In this document: positions 8,886 through 21,255 of the stretch, piece after piece | How positions within the stretch are numbered: the first letter of the stretch is position 1 | How the letters are laid out: the number at the start of each line of letters is the position of its first letter | Source of the DNA: an uncultured delta proteobacterium | Lineage (GTDB): Bacteria > Myxococcota > Myxococcia > SLRQ01 | Direction: 5' to 3' | Assembly: GCA_963727485.1 (NCBI GenBank) | Contig: CAVSGM010000011.1 | Location: 544,001-608,000, forward strand | DNA: 64,000 nucleotides | The notes under the pieces: model-generated | Seen by the model: only the letters and a program-made list of their open reading frames with translations | What the model was told of the DNA's origin: nothing | Database searches by the model: none | Made by a program: the position numbers and the translations under genes

Positions 8886-9889
8886 GCCGCCGCCTCCGCC
8901 TCGCCGCCCGCCTCGCGGCCCTCCTCGCCGCCCTGGTCGCCGCCGCCCCGGCGCTGGCCTACGTGCGCTCCGAGGATCCCAAGACCGGCGCCTGCCTCTG
9001 GTGGGGCCAGCGCCACATCACCTACTGGATCGACCAGGACGGCGCCGGCAGCGTCACCGACGGCAGCGACATCGACGCGGTGAAGGCCTCGTTCCAGACC
9101 TGGTCCGACGTGACCTGCAGCGACTTCACCTACGAGTTCGGCGGCCTCACCAACCGCTCCGACGTGGGCTACGACGGCACCAGCACCCACAACCTCAACC
9201 TGGTGGTGTGGCGGGGCGCCCGGTGCACCGACGTGGTCGACCCCAGCGACGCCTGCTGGAACTGCGCCGACTCCGGGGGCCTGTGCTGCGCCGACAAGTA
9301 CCACTGCTGGGAGCACTCCCCGGGGATCATCGGGCTGACCACCACCACCTACAACGTGACCACCGGCCAGCTCTACGACGCGGACATGGAGCTCAACAGC
9401 GCCGACTACCTGTTCACCACCGTCGACAGCCCCCAGTGCGACGACCCCAACAACCCCCCGGCCTGCACCGCCGACGCCGACTGCCAGACCGGCTTCAAGT
9501 GCTTCCACCAGCAGTGCCTCACCCTGGGCTGCGTGCGCACCGACATCCAGAACACCGTCACCCACGAGGCGGGCCACGTGCTCGGGCTCGGCCACACGCC
9601 GGTGGCCGACGCCACCATGTACGCCTCGGCACCCGAGGGCGAGACCAGCAAGCGGTCGCTGGCCACCGACGACATCCAGGGCGTCTGCGACATCTACCCC
9701 ATCGCCAGCCCCACCACGACCTGCCTCGGGGGCACGGTCACCATCGCCCCCGCCTCGGCCACCGACGAGGTCCGCGGCTGCGGCGGCTGCAGCGGCCCCG
9801 GCGCGGCGACGCCGCTGGCCTTCCTCCTCGTCCTCTTCGCCCTGCGACCGCGGCGCCGGGCGGGGAGGTCGCCGACGCCCGGGACATGA
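8882..9889 (+). CDS. Cys-rich matrixin-family metalloprotease with MYXO-CTERM tail
   Basis: GTG overlap; signal peptide ALA|YVRS; HEAGHVLGLGH, TMYA; GCGGCSG..LAFLLVLFALRPRRR. Confidence 0.87.
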   Translation: MSRRLRLAARLAALLAALVAAAPALAYVRSEDPKTGACLWWGQRHITYWIDQDGAGSVTDGSDIDAVKASFQTWSDVTCSDFTYEFGGLTNRSDVGYDGTSTHNLNLVVWRGARCTDVVDPSDACWNCADSGGLCCADKYHCWEHSPGIIGLTTTTYNVTTGQLYDADMELNSADYLFTTVDSPQCDDPNNPPACTADADCQTGFKCFHQQCLTLGCVRTDIQNTVTHEAGHVLGLGHTPVADATMYASAPEGETSKRSLATDDIQGVCDIYPIASPTTTCLGGTVTIAPASATDEVRGCGGCSGPGAATPLAFLLVLFALRPRRRAGRSPTPGT

Positions 9890-11172
9890 CCGGCACGGCG
9901 CCGCGCCTGTGGGGAGGTGGCGTGGCCCTGGTCCTGGGGGCGGGGCTCGTCGTCGCGATGCTGCCCCGGCCGGCGGAGGCCCACCTGGGCAACGTGCCCC
10001 CGGACCTCGACGCCTGGCTCGCCCGGGGGGAGGCGGTGGTGGTGGCCCACGCGGTGGGGGCGCCGCGGCCCTGCGGGTCGGCGGCCCGACCGGCGGTGCT
10101 CCCGGTGGAGATCGACGCGGTCCTCGACGGCGCGGCGCACCCGGGGCCCACCGAGGTCCTGGTGCCGGCGCGCCCCAAGGTCGACCTGGGGTCGGTGGCG
10201 GCGGTGGTCTCGCTCCGGGACCCGGGGCCCGGCGACGGCGCCGGCTGCGCCCGGATCCCCGACCTGGTCCTCGCGGGCCCTCGGGGGCGACCCCCGGCGC
10301 CCGGGGCCCACGTCGCCGCCTGGCGCCGCTACGTCAAGGCCCTTCGGGCGATGTCGGTGGTGGGGGTCGCCGGGCGCGCGCGCCTCGCGGCCCTCTGGGC
10401 CCGGACCCTCGGGGGGCCCGACCCGGTCCTCTCGGATCACGCGGCGACGCGCCTCATCGAGGCCGCGGACACCGGGCCCCTCCCGGGCGACGTCCGGGCC
10501 CACCTCGCCGATCTCGCCCGGGACCCGAAGGCCCCGGATGCGGCGCGGGCGGTGGGCATCCGCCTCTCCGGGGACGCCCTGGGCGGCGGGGACCTCGGAA
10601 CCCTGGCCGCGGACCCGCGCCTCCCGGTGGCCACCGCCGCGGTGGCCCGCCTCCTCGACGCGCCCCCCGTCGGCAACCGGGCCGCCGCGGCCCGGGCGCA
10701 CCTGGCCCGCGCCCTGGCCGCCCCCCCGCCACCGGGCGCCCGGCGGACCCCCGCCGACCGGATCCGCCACGCCGGCCTCGCCGCCGCCCTCGCCGGCCTC
10801 GGCGACGACTCGGGACGCGGGGCCCTGAACGCGGACCTGGCGAGCCCCCTGTTCCGGGTCCGGGACCTGGCCATCTCGGGCCTCGCCCACCTCGCCCTCC
10901 ATGGGGACCCCGCGGCCCGGGCGGCCCTGGTCGCCCGGCGGCGGGTGGAGCCCGACGCCCGCCTGAAGACCCTCCTGGACCGGGTCCTCGCCCGGATCCC
11001 GGCCCCCAGGGCGCCCACGTCCGGGGCCGCCGCCGCCGACGCCCGGCGCATCGGCCTGCGGATGCTCCTGGTCCTCGTGGGCCTCATGGCCCTCCTGGCC
11101 ATGGCCCTGCTCCCCCTGGCCCTGGATCGGCTCCGGGCCCGGCGGCGTGGATCGCAGCCCGCCCGTCGTTGA
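9886..11172 (+). CDS. Exported HEAT-repeat-like protein with C-terminal TM anchor
   Basis: ATGA overlap; signal peptide; helical 'D....VR..A...L' repeats; hydrophobic C-terminus plus Arg tail. Confidence 0.6.
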   Translation: MTGTAPRLWGGGVALVLGAGLVVAMLPRPAEAHLGNVPPDLDAWLARGEAVVVAHAVGAPRPCGSAARPAVLPVEIDAVLDGAAHPGPTEVLVPARPKVDLGSVAAVVSLRDPGPGDGAGCARIPDLVLAGPRGRPPAPGAHVAAWRRYVKALRAMSVVGVAGRARLAALWARTLGGPDPVLSDHAATRLIEAADTGPLPGDVRAHLADLARDPKAPDAARAVGIRLSGDALGGGDLGTLAADPRLPVATAAVARLLDAPPVGNRAAAARAHLARALAAPPPPGARRTPADRIRHAGLAAALAGLGDDSGRGALNADLASPLFRVRDLAISGLAHLALHGDPAARAALVARRRVEPDARLKTLLDRVLARIPAPRAPTSGAAAADARRIGLRMLLVLVGLMALLAMALLPLALDRLRARRRGSQPARR

Positions 11173-11228
11173 CCCGGTCCCGGGCCCCTGCCTACGATCG
11201 GCGATACCCCTCGTCCCCTGGAACCCAC

Positions 11229-13199
11229 GTGTCCGACGCCTCTGCAGCCCATCCAGTACGGCCGGTACCAGCTCATCAAGAAGCTCGCCGCCGGTGGCAT
11301 GGCCCAGGTGTGGCTGGCGCGCCAGTCCGGGATGCAGGGCTTCGAGAAGCTCCTGGTGATCAAGCAGGTGCTCCCGCACCTGGCGGACACCGACGAGTTC
11401 ATCACCATGTTCCTCGACGAGGCGCGCCTCGCCGCGCGCCTCGACCACCCCAACGTGGTGCAGGTCTTCGATCTGGGGCAGGAGGACGACACCCTCTACA
11501 TCGCCATGGAGTACATCCACGGCGAGGACCTCCGGCGCATCGACAAGGCCTCCCGCGAGAAGCGGCGCCCCATCCCCGTGCCCCTGGTGTGCCGGATCAT
11601 CGCCGACGCCGCCGCGGGCCTCCACTACGCCCACGCCCTCAAGGATGCCCGGGGCGAGTCCCTGGGCATCGTCCACCGCGACGTGTCGCCCCAGAACATC
11701 CTGGTGACCTTCGATGGCGGGGTGAAGGTCGTCGACTTCGGGATCGCCAAGGCGGCGAACAAGGCCAACAAGACCCGCTCCGGGGTCCTCAAGGGCAAGT
11801 ACGCCTACATGTCGCCGGAGCAGGCGTCGGGCAAGGAGATCGACAGCCGCACCGACGTCTTCGCCCTGGGCATCATGCTCCACGAGCTCCTGACCGGGCA
11901 GCGCCTCTTCAAGCGCAAGAGCGAGATCCTCACCCTCCACGCGGTGGTGCGCTGCGAGGTGGTGCCCCCGAGCAAGCTCAACCCGGTGGTCCCCGCGGGC
12001 CTCGACCCCATCGTGATGAAGGCCCTGGCCCAGGACCGCGAGGATCGCTTCGCCTCCGCCCAGACCTTCGAGCTCGCCCTCGAGGACTTCCTGCTTTCGC
12101 TGGGCCAGCCCTCGTCCAACGCCCACCTCGCCGTCTACATGCGCGAGGTCTTCGCCGACCGCCTCGACGTCGAGGCCCGGGACGGCGGCCCGGCGGCCTA
12201 CCTCGCCGGCCGCGGGGGGACGGGCTCGGGATCGGTGGGCCTCCTCGGTGAGACCCCCTCGCGCACCGGCGGCGGCTCGGCGTCCATCGAGTCGGTGTCC
12301 CGGGGCCGGGTGGAGGCGGCGGCACCGGGCACGGCGGTGGGCGCCCCGACCACCGGGGGCACCGTGAACCTCGGGCCCGCCCGGGGGTGATCCCGGCGAC
12401 CGGCGCCGCGGCCGAGGAGCCCAGCCAGCACAGCGCCTCCCGACTCGCCGAGGGGATGCACCGGCGCCGGCGGGTGTTCATCGGCGGGGTGCTCGGCGGC
12501 GTCGCCGTCGCCGGCCTGATGGCGGCGCTCCTGCTCTTCGGGCACCGGCCCGGGACCGGCGGCGCCGAGGTCTCCTCGGTGGGCCCCGCCGGCGCGGGGC
12601 AGGGGACGCCGCCCAAGCCCGCGACCGCCCTGGGCAGGCCCCGGGCGACGCCGCACCCGGCACCCGACCGCGCGGCGCCCGACCGCGCGGCGCCCGCGCC
12701 CGCGGACCATCCCGCCGGGGGCACCGAGGTGGCCGCCGCCGACCCCCACGGCCACCCGCCGGCCCCGCCCAAGGTCCACCCCCGGCCCCACGGTCGCCTC
12801 GAGGTCGCCATCCAGCCCAAGACGGCGAAGGTGGCCCTCCGCCGCGAGGGCCGCTGGCGGCCGGTCGGGGCCTCGACCCGTCTGCCCCCGGGCCGCTACC
12901 CGGTGCGCATCGTCCTCCCCGACGGCTCGACCCGGAGCCGGACGGTGACGGTGGCGGCCGGGCGCACGGCGCACCTCACCCAGGCCTTCCACCGGGGCAA
13001 GGTCCAGGTGCTCATCTACCCCTTCGGCACCGGCGGCACCGTGCGCAGCGGCGGCAAGGTCGTGGGAACCCTGCCCGGTCCGGCGATCCCCCTCTACGAG
13101 GGCCCCCACGACCTGGCGATCACCATCCAGGGCCGGGGCGTGGTGCACCGCTCGGTGACGGTGAAGGCCGGGGCCACCCAGAAGATCGTCCTGAAGTAG
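11229..13199 (+). CDS. Membrane Ser/Thr protein kinase with C-terminal PEGA-like domains; indels near 11232-11240 and at G-run 12383-12387
   Basis: YQLIKKLAAGGMAQVW, HRDVSPQN, DFGIAK, YMSPEQ; ORF 12387..13199 supplies TM, Pro-rich linker and PEGA-like segments. Confidence 0.85.
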
Positions 13200-13232
13200 G
13201 GGCTGGCACCGCGGCCCCTCGACGGACGGCAA

Positions 13233-13259
13233 CGGGCCCGGCGTCTCCACCGGGCCCGC
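13233..13259. terminator. Hairpin between convergent kinase and dnaK
   Basis: CGGGCCCGG...CCGGGCCCG inverted repeat. Confidence 0.45.
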
Positions 13260-13303
13260 TTGGAACCCGCCCCGCCTGGGGACGGGCAGTCTGCCGCCGA
13301 GGC

Positions 13304-15205
<1,902 letters not shown>

Positions 15206-15289
15206 TGCCGATTCGCCTCCGAGGTGCGGGCGGTAGAGTTCGTGATTACGGGATCTTGCCGCTCCTCCGCGGCGCGACGGAAAGTAACC

Positions 15290-15949
15290 ATGGCCCACAG
15301 GACGTCAAGGACGCGGAATCTGGCCCCGGTTGTGGCCCTCGCCCTGGCCCTCGCCGGGTGCCGGAGCGGGCCCGACAACGCCTGCCTGAAGCAGGCCGGG
15401 CCGGTGGTCGACCGGGTGGTGAAGGCCGTGGCCGACCACCAGGGGTGCGCCACCGACGCCGACTGCCACCTGGTCGACCCGAGCCTCCCCTGCGCAAAGC
15501 TCTGCCCGGCGGCGACCAGCGACCCGGCGGCGGTGGCGAGGGCGGTGGCCAGCGCCGCCAAGGACTGCCCGGACTGCACCCTCCAGAGCACCTGTGCCAG
15601 CACCGTGGCCTACTGCGATCAGACCGCCGGCCTCTGCGACACCTGCCGGGACACCGGGCAGGTCGGTGACCACCGCACTCCCGGGGACGACTGCTGGGCC
15701 CCGCCGGTCCACCGGTGCGCCGACGTGGACCCCTCCGCGCCCACCGTCTGGGCCTGCCCCCCGGCCGGGGCCACCGGCGACTGCTGCCGCTACGACCGGG
15801 GGTGCCTGCCCTGCGGCTGGAGCGACTGCAGCGCCAATCCCACCGCCACCGGCTGCGCCACCGTGGGGACCGCCACCGACGGTGGGACGCCCGCGTGCCC
15901 CACCGTACCCCATGGTACCGTCTGCTTCGACGCCGAGCGCTACCCGTGA
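15290..15949 (+). CDS. Cys-rich lipoprotein
   Basis: Lipobox LALAGC; >20 Cys, CATDADC motif. Confidence 0.7.
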   Translation: MAHRTSRTRNLAPVVALALALAGCRSGPDNACLKQAGPVVDRVVKAVADHQGCATDADCHLVDPSLPCAKLCPAATSDPAAVARAVASAAKDCPDCTLQSTCASTVAYCDQTAGLCDTCRDTGQVGDHRTPGDDCWAPPVHRCADVDPSAPTVWACPPAGATGDCCRYDRGCLPCGWSDCSANPTATGCATVGTATDGGTPACPTVPHGTVCFDAERYP

Positions 15950-15968
15950 CCGGCGTCACACTTTTTCC

Positions 15969-15994
15969 GTAACCCCCCCAGGGGCATGAGCGAA
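15969..15994 (+). promoter_or_regulatory. Putative autoregulatory ECF (SigF-type) promoter
   Basis: GTAACC-N16-CGAA at 5' end of the ECF gene. Confidence 0.5.
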
Positions 15995-16573
15995 CCCAAG
16001 GACAACGACCGGGAGGCCCAGGCGGCCGCCCTGATGGTCCGCTACCAGCGCGGCGAGGCCCGGGCCTTCGACGCCCTCACCGCCCTGGTGGGGCCGACCC
16101 TCTTCCGCTTCTTCGCTCACAGCACTCCCGACCGGGAGAACGCCGAGGACCTCTACCAGGAGACCTGGCTCAAGGTGCACCACGCCCGCCACACCTACCG
16201 GCCCGGGGAGCCGCTGATGCCCTGGCTCTACGGCATCGCGCGCCACGTGGGCGCCGACCACCGGCGGCGCTACGCCCGGCACCACCGGCGGGTCGAGGCC
16301 GCCGAGCAGGTGGCCCGGATCGAGGCCCCGGTGGCCGGGAGCCCGCCGCCCGCCGCCGACGGAAAGGTGGAGGCCGCCCAGCTCCTCGAGCTCGCCATGG
16401 AGGGGCTCCCCGAGACCCAACGCGAGGCGCTGATCCTCCTGAAGGTCGAGGGGCTCTCGGTCGAGGAGGCGGCCCGGATCGCCGGCACCTCCCCCGGGGC
16501 CCTCAAGGTCCGCGCCCACCGCGCCTACGCCCGCATCCGCGCCCGCATCGCCGCCCTCGGAGACACCCCGTGA
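15986..16573 (+). CDS. ECF RNA polymerase sigma factor
   Basis: AEDLYQETWLKV, PWLYGIARH, region 4 LPETQREALIL..EGLSVEEAA..GALKVRAHRA. Confidence 0.92.
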   Translation: MSEPKDNDREAQAAALMVRYQRGEARAFDALTALVGPTLFRFFAHSTPDRENAEDLYQETWLKVHHARHTYRPGEPLMPWLYGIARHVGADHRRRYARHHRRVEAAEQVARIEAPVAGSPPPAADGKVEAAQLLELAMEGLPETQREALILLKVEGLSVEEAARIAGTSPGALKVRAHRAYARIRARIAALGDTP

Positions 16574-17322
16574 CCGCCCCCGACCCCGACATCCTCGAGG
16601 GCCTCGACGCCGGGATCGCCGCCTGGCGGGACGAGGTGCCGCCCCCGGTCACCGGGCGGGTGCACGCGGCGGTTCACCACGACGCCGCGGCGGTGCGACC
16701 CCTGTGGCCGGCGTGGGTCCGGTTCCTGGTGGCCGCGGCGGTGGGGGCGGGGAACGCCGCCGGCATCACCCTGGTGATGATGCACCCCTCGTGGCAGGCC
16801 CTCCTCGCCCGGGGACTCCCGGGCTGGTACTGGGTGACCACCCTGCTCGCCTGGGCCGGCGCCGCCCTGGTCCTCACCTGGATGGCGGTCCACGAGGCGG
16901 ACCCCCGGGTCCCGGTGCGCTCCACCTCGCGCTTCGTCGCCGGCCTGGCGCTGGTGGCCGGCTTCGCCGCCGTGGCCCTCGGCACCGAGCTGATGCGCGC
17001 CGGCCACCTCGAGGGCGCCGGCCCCGCCTACCTCCACCACGGGATGCACTGCCTCACCCTGGGCACGGTCTTCGAGGTGCTGCCGGTGGCGGTGATCCTG
17101 GCCCTCGTCGCCCGGGGGATGCCCTTCCACCCGGTGCGCGCCGGCATCCTGGCCGGGCTGGCCTGCGGCGCCTGGTCCCTGCTCCTCCTGGAGCTCGGCT
17201 GCCCGGACACCCGGGTGGTCCACGCCATCCCCTTCCACCTCGGGGTCGCCGGGGTGTGGGCGCTCCTCGGCGCCGGGGTGGGGGGGCTGCTCGCCTGGCG
17301 CCAGCGCCGCCGGGCGGCCTGA
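16570..17322 (+). CDS. NrsF/DUF1109-like membrane anti-sigma factor
   Basis: Coupled to ECF; multiple TM, conserved Cys (MHCL, LGCP) and H (PFHL). Confidence 0.75.
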   Translation: MTAPDPDILEGLDAGIAAWRDEVPPPVTGRVHAAVHHDAAAVRPLWPAWVRFLVAAAVGAGNAAGITLVMMHPSWQALLARGLPGWYWVTTLLAWAGAALVLTWMAVHEADPRVPVRSTSRFVAGLALVAGFAAVALGTELMRAGHLEGAGPAYLHHGMHCLTLGTVFEVLPVAVILALVARGMPFHPVRAGILAGLACGAWSLLLLELGCPDTRVVHAIPFHLGVAGVWALLGAGVGGLLAWRQRRRAA

Positions 17323-17410
17323 GCCCTTCCCAGGCTACGCTCCCGTGCTACGCTCGGGCCCGGCGCCAGGCGGGCGCCGTCGCGAGAACCCCGGGGGGAG
17401 CCAAGCGATC

Positions 17411-17819
17411 ATGAAGCTCGAACGTGAAGAGGTCAGAGGCATCTTCGGGGTCCTGGTGCACACCATGGACCTCGACCATGAGCGCTCCCAGGACGAGCGC
17501 CACTTCCTCCTGCGCTTCCTCGAGGCCATCGGCCGCGACGCCGAGGAGCTCGAGGTCATCCTCCGCGAGGTCCGGGAGCACCCGGACATGGAGTGGCACG
17601 TGGAGCGCATCCGCTCCCGCAAGGGCCGCATCTACGCCCTGCAGCAGGCGCTCCTCCTGGCGCTCTCCGACGGCCACTACAAGGTCGTGGAGCGCGCCGG
17701 GCTGGCGAAGCTCGCCGACCGCCTGGGGGTGGACGAGGTCCTCTTCGAGGATTCTGGAGCGCTGGGCCCTCGAGGGGGCGGGGTGGCAGATCCGGGGGGC
17801 GGCGCTCCTCGCCCGCTAG
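17411..17819 (+). CDS. TerB-like protein; +1 indel at ~17752
   Basis: D...S.DE and ALSDGHY..ERAGL..LA..LG motifs; correcting GATTC to GATC gives ...FEDLERWALEG...LLAR*. Confidence 0.65.
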
Positions 17820-17822
17820 GTC

Positions 17823-18284
17823 ATGTACCGGCGCATCCTGGTCCCCGTGGACTTCTCCGAGCACGGGCGGCGGGCCATGGAGCACGCGGTGGCGCTCGCC
17901 CGGGCGGTGGGGGCCGAGGTGGTGCTCTTCCACGCCTTCGAGCGGCCCACGCCGCCCAAGATGCCGGCCACCGACGCCAAGCTCCGGGCCTACCTCGCCG
18001 AGGCGGTCGAGGACGCCCGGACCCGCCTGACGCACCTCGCGGCGGCCCAGGAGGGCGTCGGGGTCCGGGCCCTCACCGTCGAGGGGCGCCCGGCCGAGGA
18101 GATCCTCGCCGCCCTCCGGGACGAGGCATGCGACCTGGTGTGCATGGGCTCCCATGGCCGCGGGGCCCTCGCCGAGGTCCTCATGGGCAGCGTCACCGAG
18201 CGGGTGCTCCACCACGCGCCCTGCCCGGTGCTGGTGGTCCGGCCCCCGGCGCAGGACGGGGACGCCGGCGGCGACGAGGGGTAG
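17823..18284 (+). CDS. Universal stress protein (UspA family)
   Basis: RILVPVDFS, DLVCMGSHGRG, MGSVTERVLHHAPCPVLVV. Confidence 0.95.
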   Translation: MYRRILVPVDFSEHGRRAMEHAVALARAVGAEVVLFHAFERPTPPKMPATDAKLRAYLAEAVEDARTRLTHLAAAQEGVGVRALTVEGRPAEEILAALRDEACDLVCMGSHGRGALAEVLMGSVTERVLHHAPCPVLVVRPPAQDGDAGGDEG

Positions 18285-18335
18285 GGCGGGGGCGGGCGCA
18301 TTTGCCAAAGGTCCGGGGTCTGGCAGACTCGGGCC

Positions 18336-18794
18336 ATGCGGCGCCTCCCGATCCTCCTCGTCCCCCTCGTGATCCTCGGCCTCGCCGGGTGCCCCCAGAA
18401 GGCCCATGGGCCCGTGGGGCACGCCAGGCCCCAGATGGCCGTGGTCGAGTGGCTCTCCGCCGTCGACGGCGGTGACTTCGATCGGGCCGCGGCCCTGGCG
18501 CCCCCGGACGTCCCCGAGGCCAAGCGCAAGATCCTGGTGGAGACCCTCGCCGAGCGGTTCTCCGGGGTCCACCGGGTCAACGACGCGCCCTTCGCCCTCT
18601 CGCCTCCCCAGGAGGGGAAGATCCGCGTCCGGGTGACCCTCGACTACCCGGGGCGGGGCAAGGTCGCCCAGGCGCTGACCCTCCGGAAGATCGGCGGCAA
18701 GTGGTACGTGCTCCCGCCGCCGCCGCCCACGCGGCCGGCGCCCGCGGCGAAGAAGACCAAGGCGGCCCCGGCCCCGGCGCCCAAGGGCGGGTGA
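18336..18794 (+). CDS. Lipoprotein, DUF4878/NTF2-like
   Basis: Lipobox GLAGC; ends LRKIGGKWYV then Pro/Lys tail. Confidence 0.6.
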   Translation: MRRLPILLVPLVILGLAGCPQKAHGPVGHARPQMAVVEWLSAVDGGDFDRAAALAPPDVPEAKRKILVETLAERFSGVHRVNDAPFALSPPQEGKIRVRVTLDYPGRGKVAQALTLRKIGGKWYVLPPPPPTRPAPAAKKTKAAPAPAPKGG

Positions 18795-20252
18795 GGGTGG
18801 CGCGCGCGGATCCCGAGCCGGCGTCCCTGCGCCCGGTCCGCTTCCCGGTCCGGGTGAAGCTCGCCCTCTTCGTGGCCGGGGTGGTCCTCCTCGCCGGAGG
18901 GGTCCCCGCGGGGTGGCTGGTCCTCCACGCCCGGGCGCAGGCGTCGGCGCGCATCCACGCGCAGCTCTTCCGCCTCGGGGCCACCATCGCCGGCGGCGGC
19001 CTCTTCGTCGACGGCCAGGGTGGGGTCGACGGCGGCGCCCTGCGCGACTTCGTGGACAACGCCCCGGCCCTGCGCCTGCCGCTGGTCTACGTGGTCTTCG
19101 TGGGCCCCGAGGGCCGGCCCGATCCCGCGCGGTCGGCGGTGAACGCAAAGGCCCTGGCCCCGGTGGCGCCGGCGCTGGCGGCCAGGTGGCGCGCCGGCGA
19201 CCACCCGGCGGTCCTCGCGGCCCTGGCCACCGGGAGCCCCGGGCCCGGACGCCGCCGCCCTCGGGGTGCGGCTCAAGTCCAAGGCCGGCGCGACCCTCGG
19301 CCACCTCCAAATCGGCATGTCCACCGTCGAGGCGGATCGCCGCGCCCGGGCGACCCTCCGCCAGAGCGCCGGGATCGTCGGCGCGCTCCTCCTCGGGGCC
19401 CTGCTCCTCGCCATCTCCCTCGCCGGACCCCTGGTGCGTCCCCTCTCGCGCCTGGCCAAGGCCATGGCCGCGGTCACCGAGGGCGACCTCGACCAGACCG
19501 TCCTCATCCGCACCCGGGACGAGGTCGGGCGCCTGGGGGAGACCTTCAACGACATGGTCGCCGGCCTTCGGCAGCGGGAGCGCCTCCGCGCCACCCTCGG
19601 GCGCTACGTCTCCGACGAGGTGGCCAGCCGGATCCTCTCCGAGGCCGACGACCTCGACGTCCACGGCGAGACCCGGACGGTGACCGTCCTCTTCCTCGAC
19701 ATGCGCGGCTTCAGCAGCCTCACCGAGCACATGGCCCCCCGGGAGGTCCTGGAGCTCATCAACGCCTACTTCGACATCATCATCGACTGCGTCACCGAGG
19801 CCCAGGGGATGGTGAACAAGTTCATCGGCGACGCGGTGATGGCGGTGTGGGGCGCGCCGCGGCCCATCGCCGACCCGGAGCTCAAGGCGATCCGGTGCGC
19901 CTACGCGATCCAGAAGCGCCTGGGGGCGCACAACTGGCAGCGGCTCCAGTCGGGGCTCCCGGTGGTGAACGTGGGCATCGGCATCAACACCGGGACGGCG
20001 GTGGCCGGCAACGTCGGCACCGAGCGGCGCCTGGAGTACACGGTGCTCGGCCACGAGGTGAACATGGCCCAGCGCCTGGAGAGCATCGCCCAGCCCGGGC
20101 AAATCCTCGTCAGCGCCCGGACCTTCGAGGCGGTGCGGGGGCGGGTGACGGCCCAGCCCCTGGATCCGGTGCGGGTGAAGGGAAAGCAGGAGCCGGTGGT
20201 ACCCTTCGAGATCACGGGCCTCGAGGATGGGGCCGACGCGGAAGCGGGGTAG
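18791..20252 (+). CDS. Membrane HAMP-domain class III adenylate/guanylate cyclase; +1 indel at C-run ~19240
   Basis: 2 TM, HAMP (RDEVGRLGETFNDM), FLDMRGFS, NKFIGDAVM, EYTVLGHEVNMAQRLE. Confidence 0.88.
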
Positions 20253-20255
20253 GGC

Positions 20256-21224
20256 ATGCAGGCAAGACACGGAATCACCCTCGGGCTCTCGGTCCTCCTC
20301 CTGGCGGCGGGCTGCAAGGGCGGGGGCCCCGGGGCGGCGGACGGGGGCGGCGAGATGACCATCGTCGTCTCCTCCGACGCCCACCTGAAGAAGAAGGAGG
20401 CCCAGCTCGCCACCCAGCGCCAGCACCTCGAGGGCGAGCGCAGCCGGCTGCTCGCCGAGCGGGAGAAGCTCATCTCCCAAATCCAGGGCGGCGCCGACAC
20501 CAAGACCCTGGTGAAGCTCCAGCAGACCCTGCTGGCCCGGGAGAAGCGCCTGGCGGCGGAGCAGGACGCCCTCGACCAGCAGCGCGCCGAGGTGGCCAGG
20601 CAGCGCGACGCCCTGGTGGGGCAGGCGGCGCCCCAGGACCGGGCGGCGTCGCTCCCGGCGCGGGAGGCGGCCGTGGCCCGGCGGGAGGCCGACGTCTCCG
20701 CCCGGGAGAAGGACGTCGCCGCCCGGGAGAAGGCGGTGGCCCGGCGCGAGGCGCGCCTGGCGGTGCGCGAGCAGGCCCTGGCGGTCCAGGAGAGCCTGCC
20801 GCCCCTGGTGGCGCCGGGCGGTGGGGGCGGCGGCCAGACGGCGACCCGGGCCCAGGTGGAGAAGGCCCACCGGGCGTTCCGGCAGCTCATGGTGAAGCGT
20901 GGGATCCTCCCCGGCGACCTGCCCCCGGACGTGGCGGCCATGGAGCGGCGGTTCTACGTTCTCTCGCGCAAGGGCCGGTGGTCCGAGGCCCTGGACACCG
21001 CCCATGACCTCACCCAGGCCGTCAAGGACGTGCAGGTGAACGAGCACTTCATCCAGGCCAAGATGGCCCGCCTCAACGCCCTGCGCGCCGGGCGCAAGCT
21101 CTCCGGCGCCCAGAGCAAGCAGGTCGAGTCGCTGCTGGCCCAGGCCACCAGCGCCTTCGCCGACGGCCGCCAGTCCGACGCCAACCTCCAGCTCAACCGG
21201 ATGTTCGCCCTCCTCGGCAAGTAG
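20256..21224 (+). CDS. Coiled-coil lipoprotein
   Basis: Lipobox AAGC; heptad-like AREKDVA/ARREA repeats. Confidence 0.7.
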   Translation: MQARHGITLGLSVLLLAAGCKGGGPGAADGGGEMTIVVSSDAHLKKKEAQLATQRQHLEGERSRLLAEREKLISQIQGGADTKTLVKLQQTLLAREKRLAAEQDALDQQRAEVARQRDALVGQAAPQDRAASLPAREAAVARREADVSAREKDVAAREKAVARREARLAVREQALAVQESLPPLVAPGGGGGGQTATRAQVEKAHRAFRQLMVKRGILPGDLPPDVAAMERRFYVLSRKGRWSEALDTAHDLTQAVKDVQVNEHFIQAKMARLNALRAGRKLSGAQSKQVESLLAQATSAFADGRQSDANLQLNRMFALLGK

Positions 21225-21255
21225 CCCCAACGCCCCGCACCCCACCTCCCCCGCC

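Noticed and set aside
15206..15289. CIRCE element upstream of dnaK
   Set aside because: No TTAGCACTC-N9-GAGTGCTAA match.
20640..20780. GCCCGGGAGAAG-type short repeats
   Set aside because: Coding heptad repeats of the coiled-coil lipoprotein, not a DNA element.
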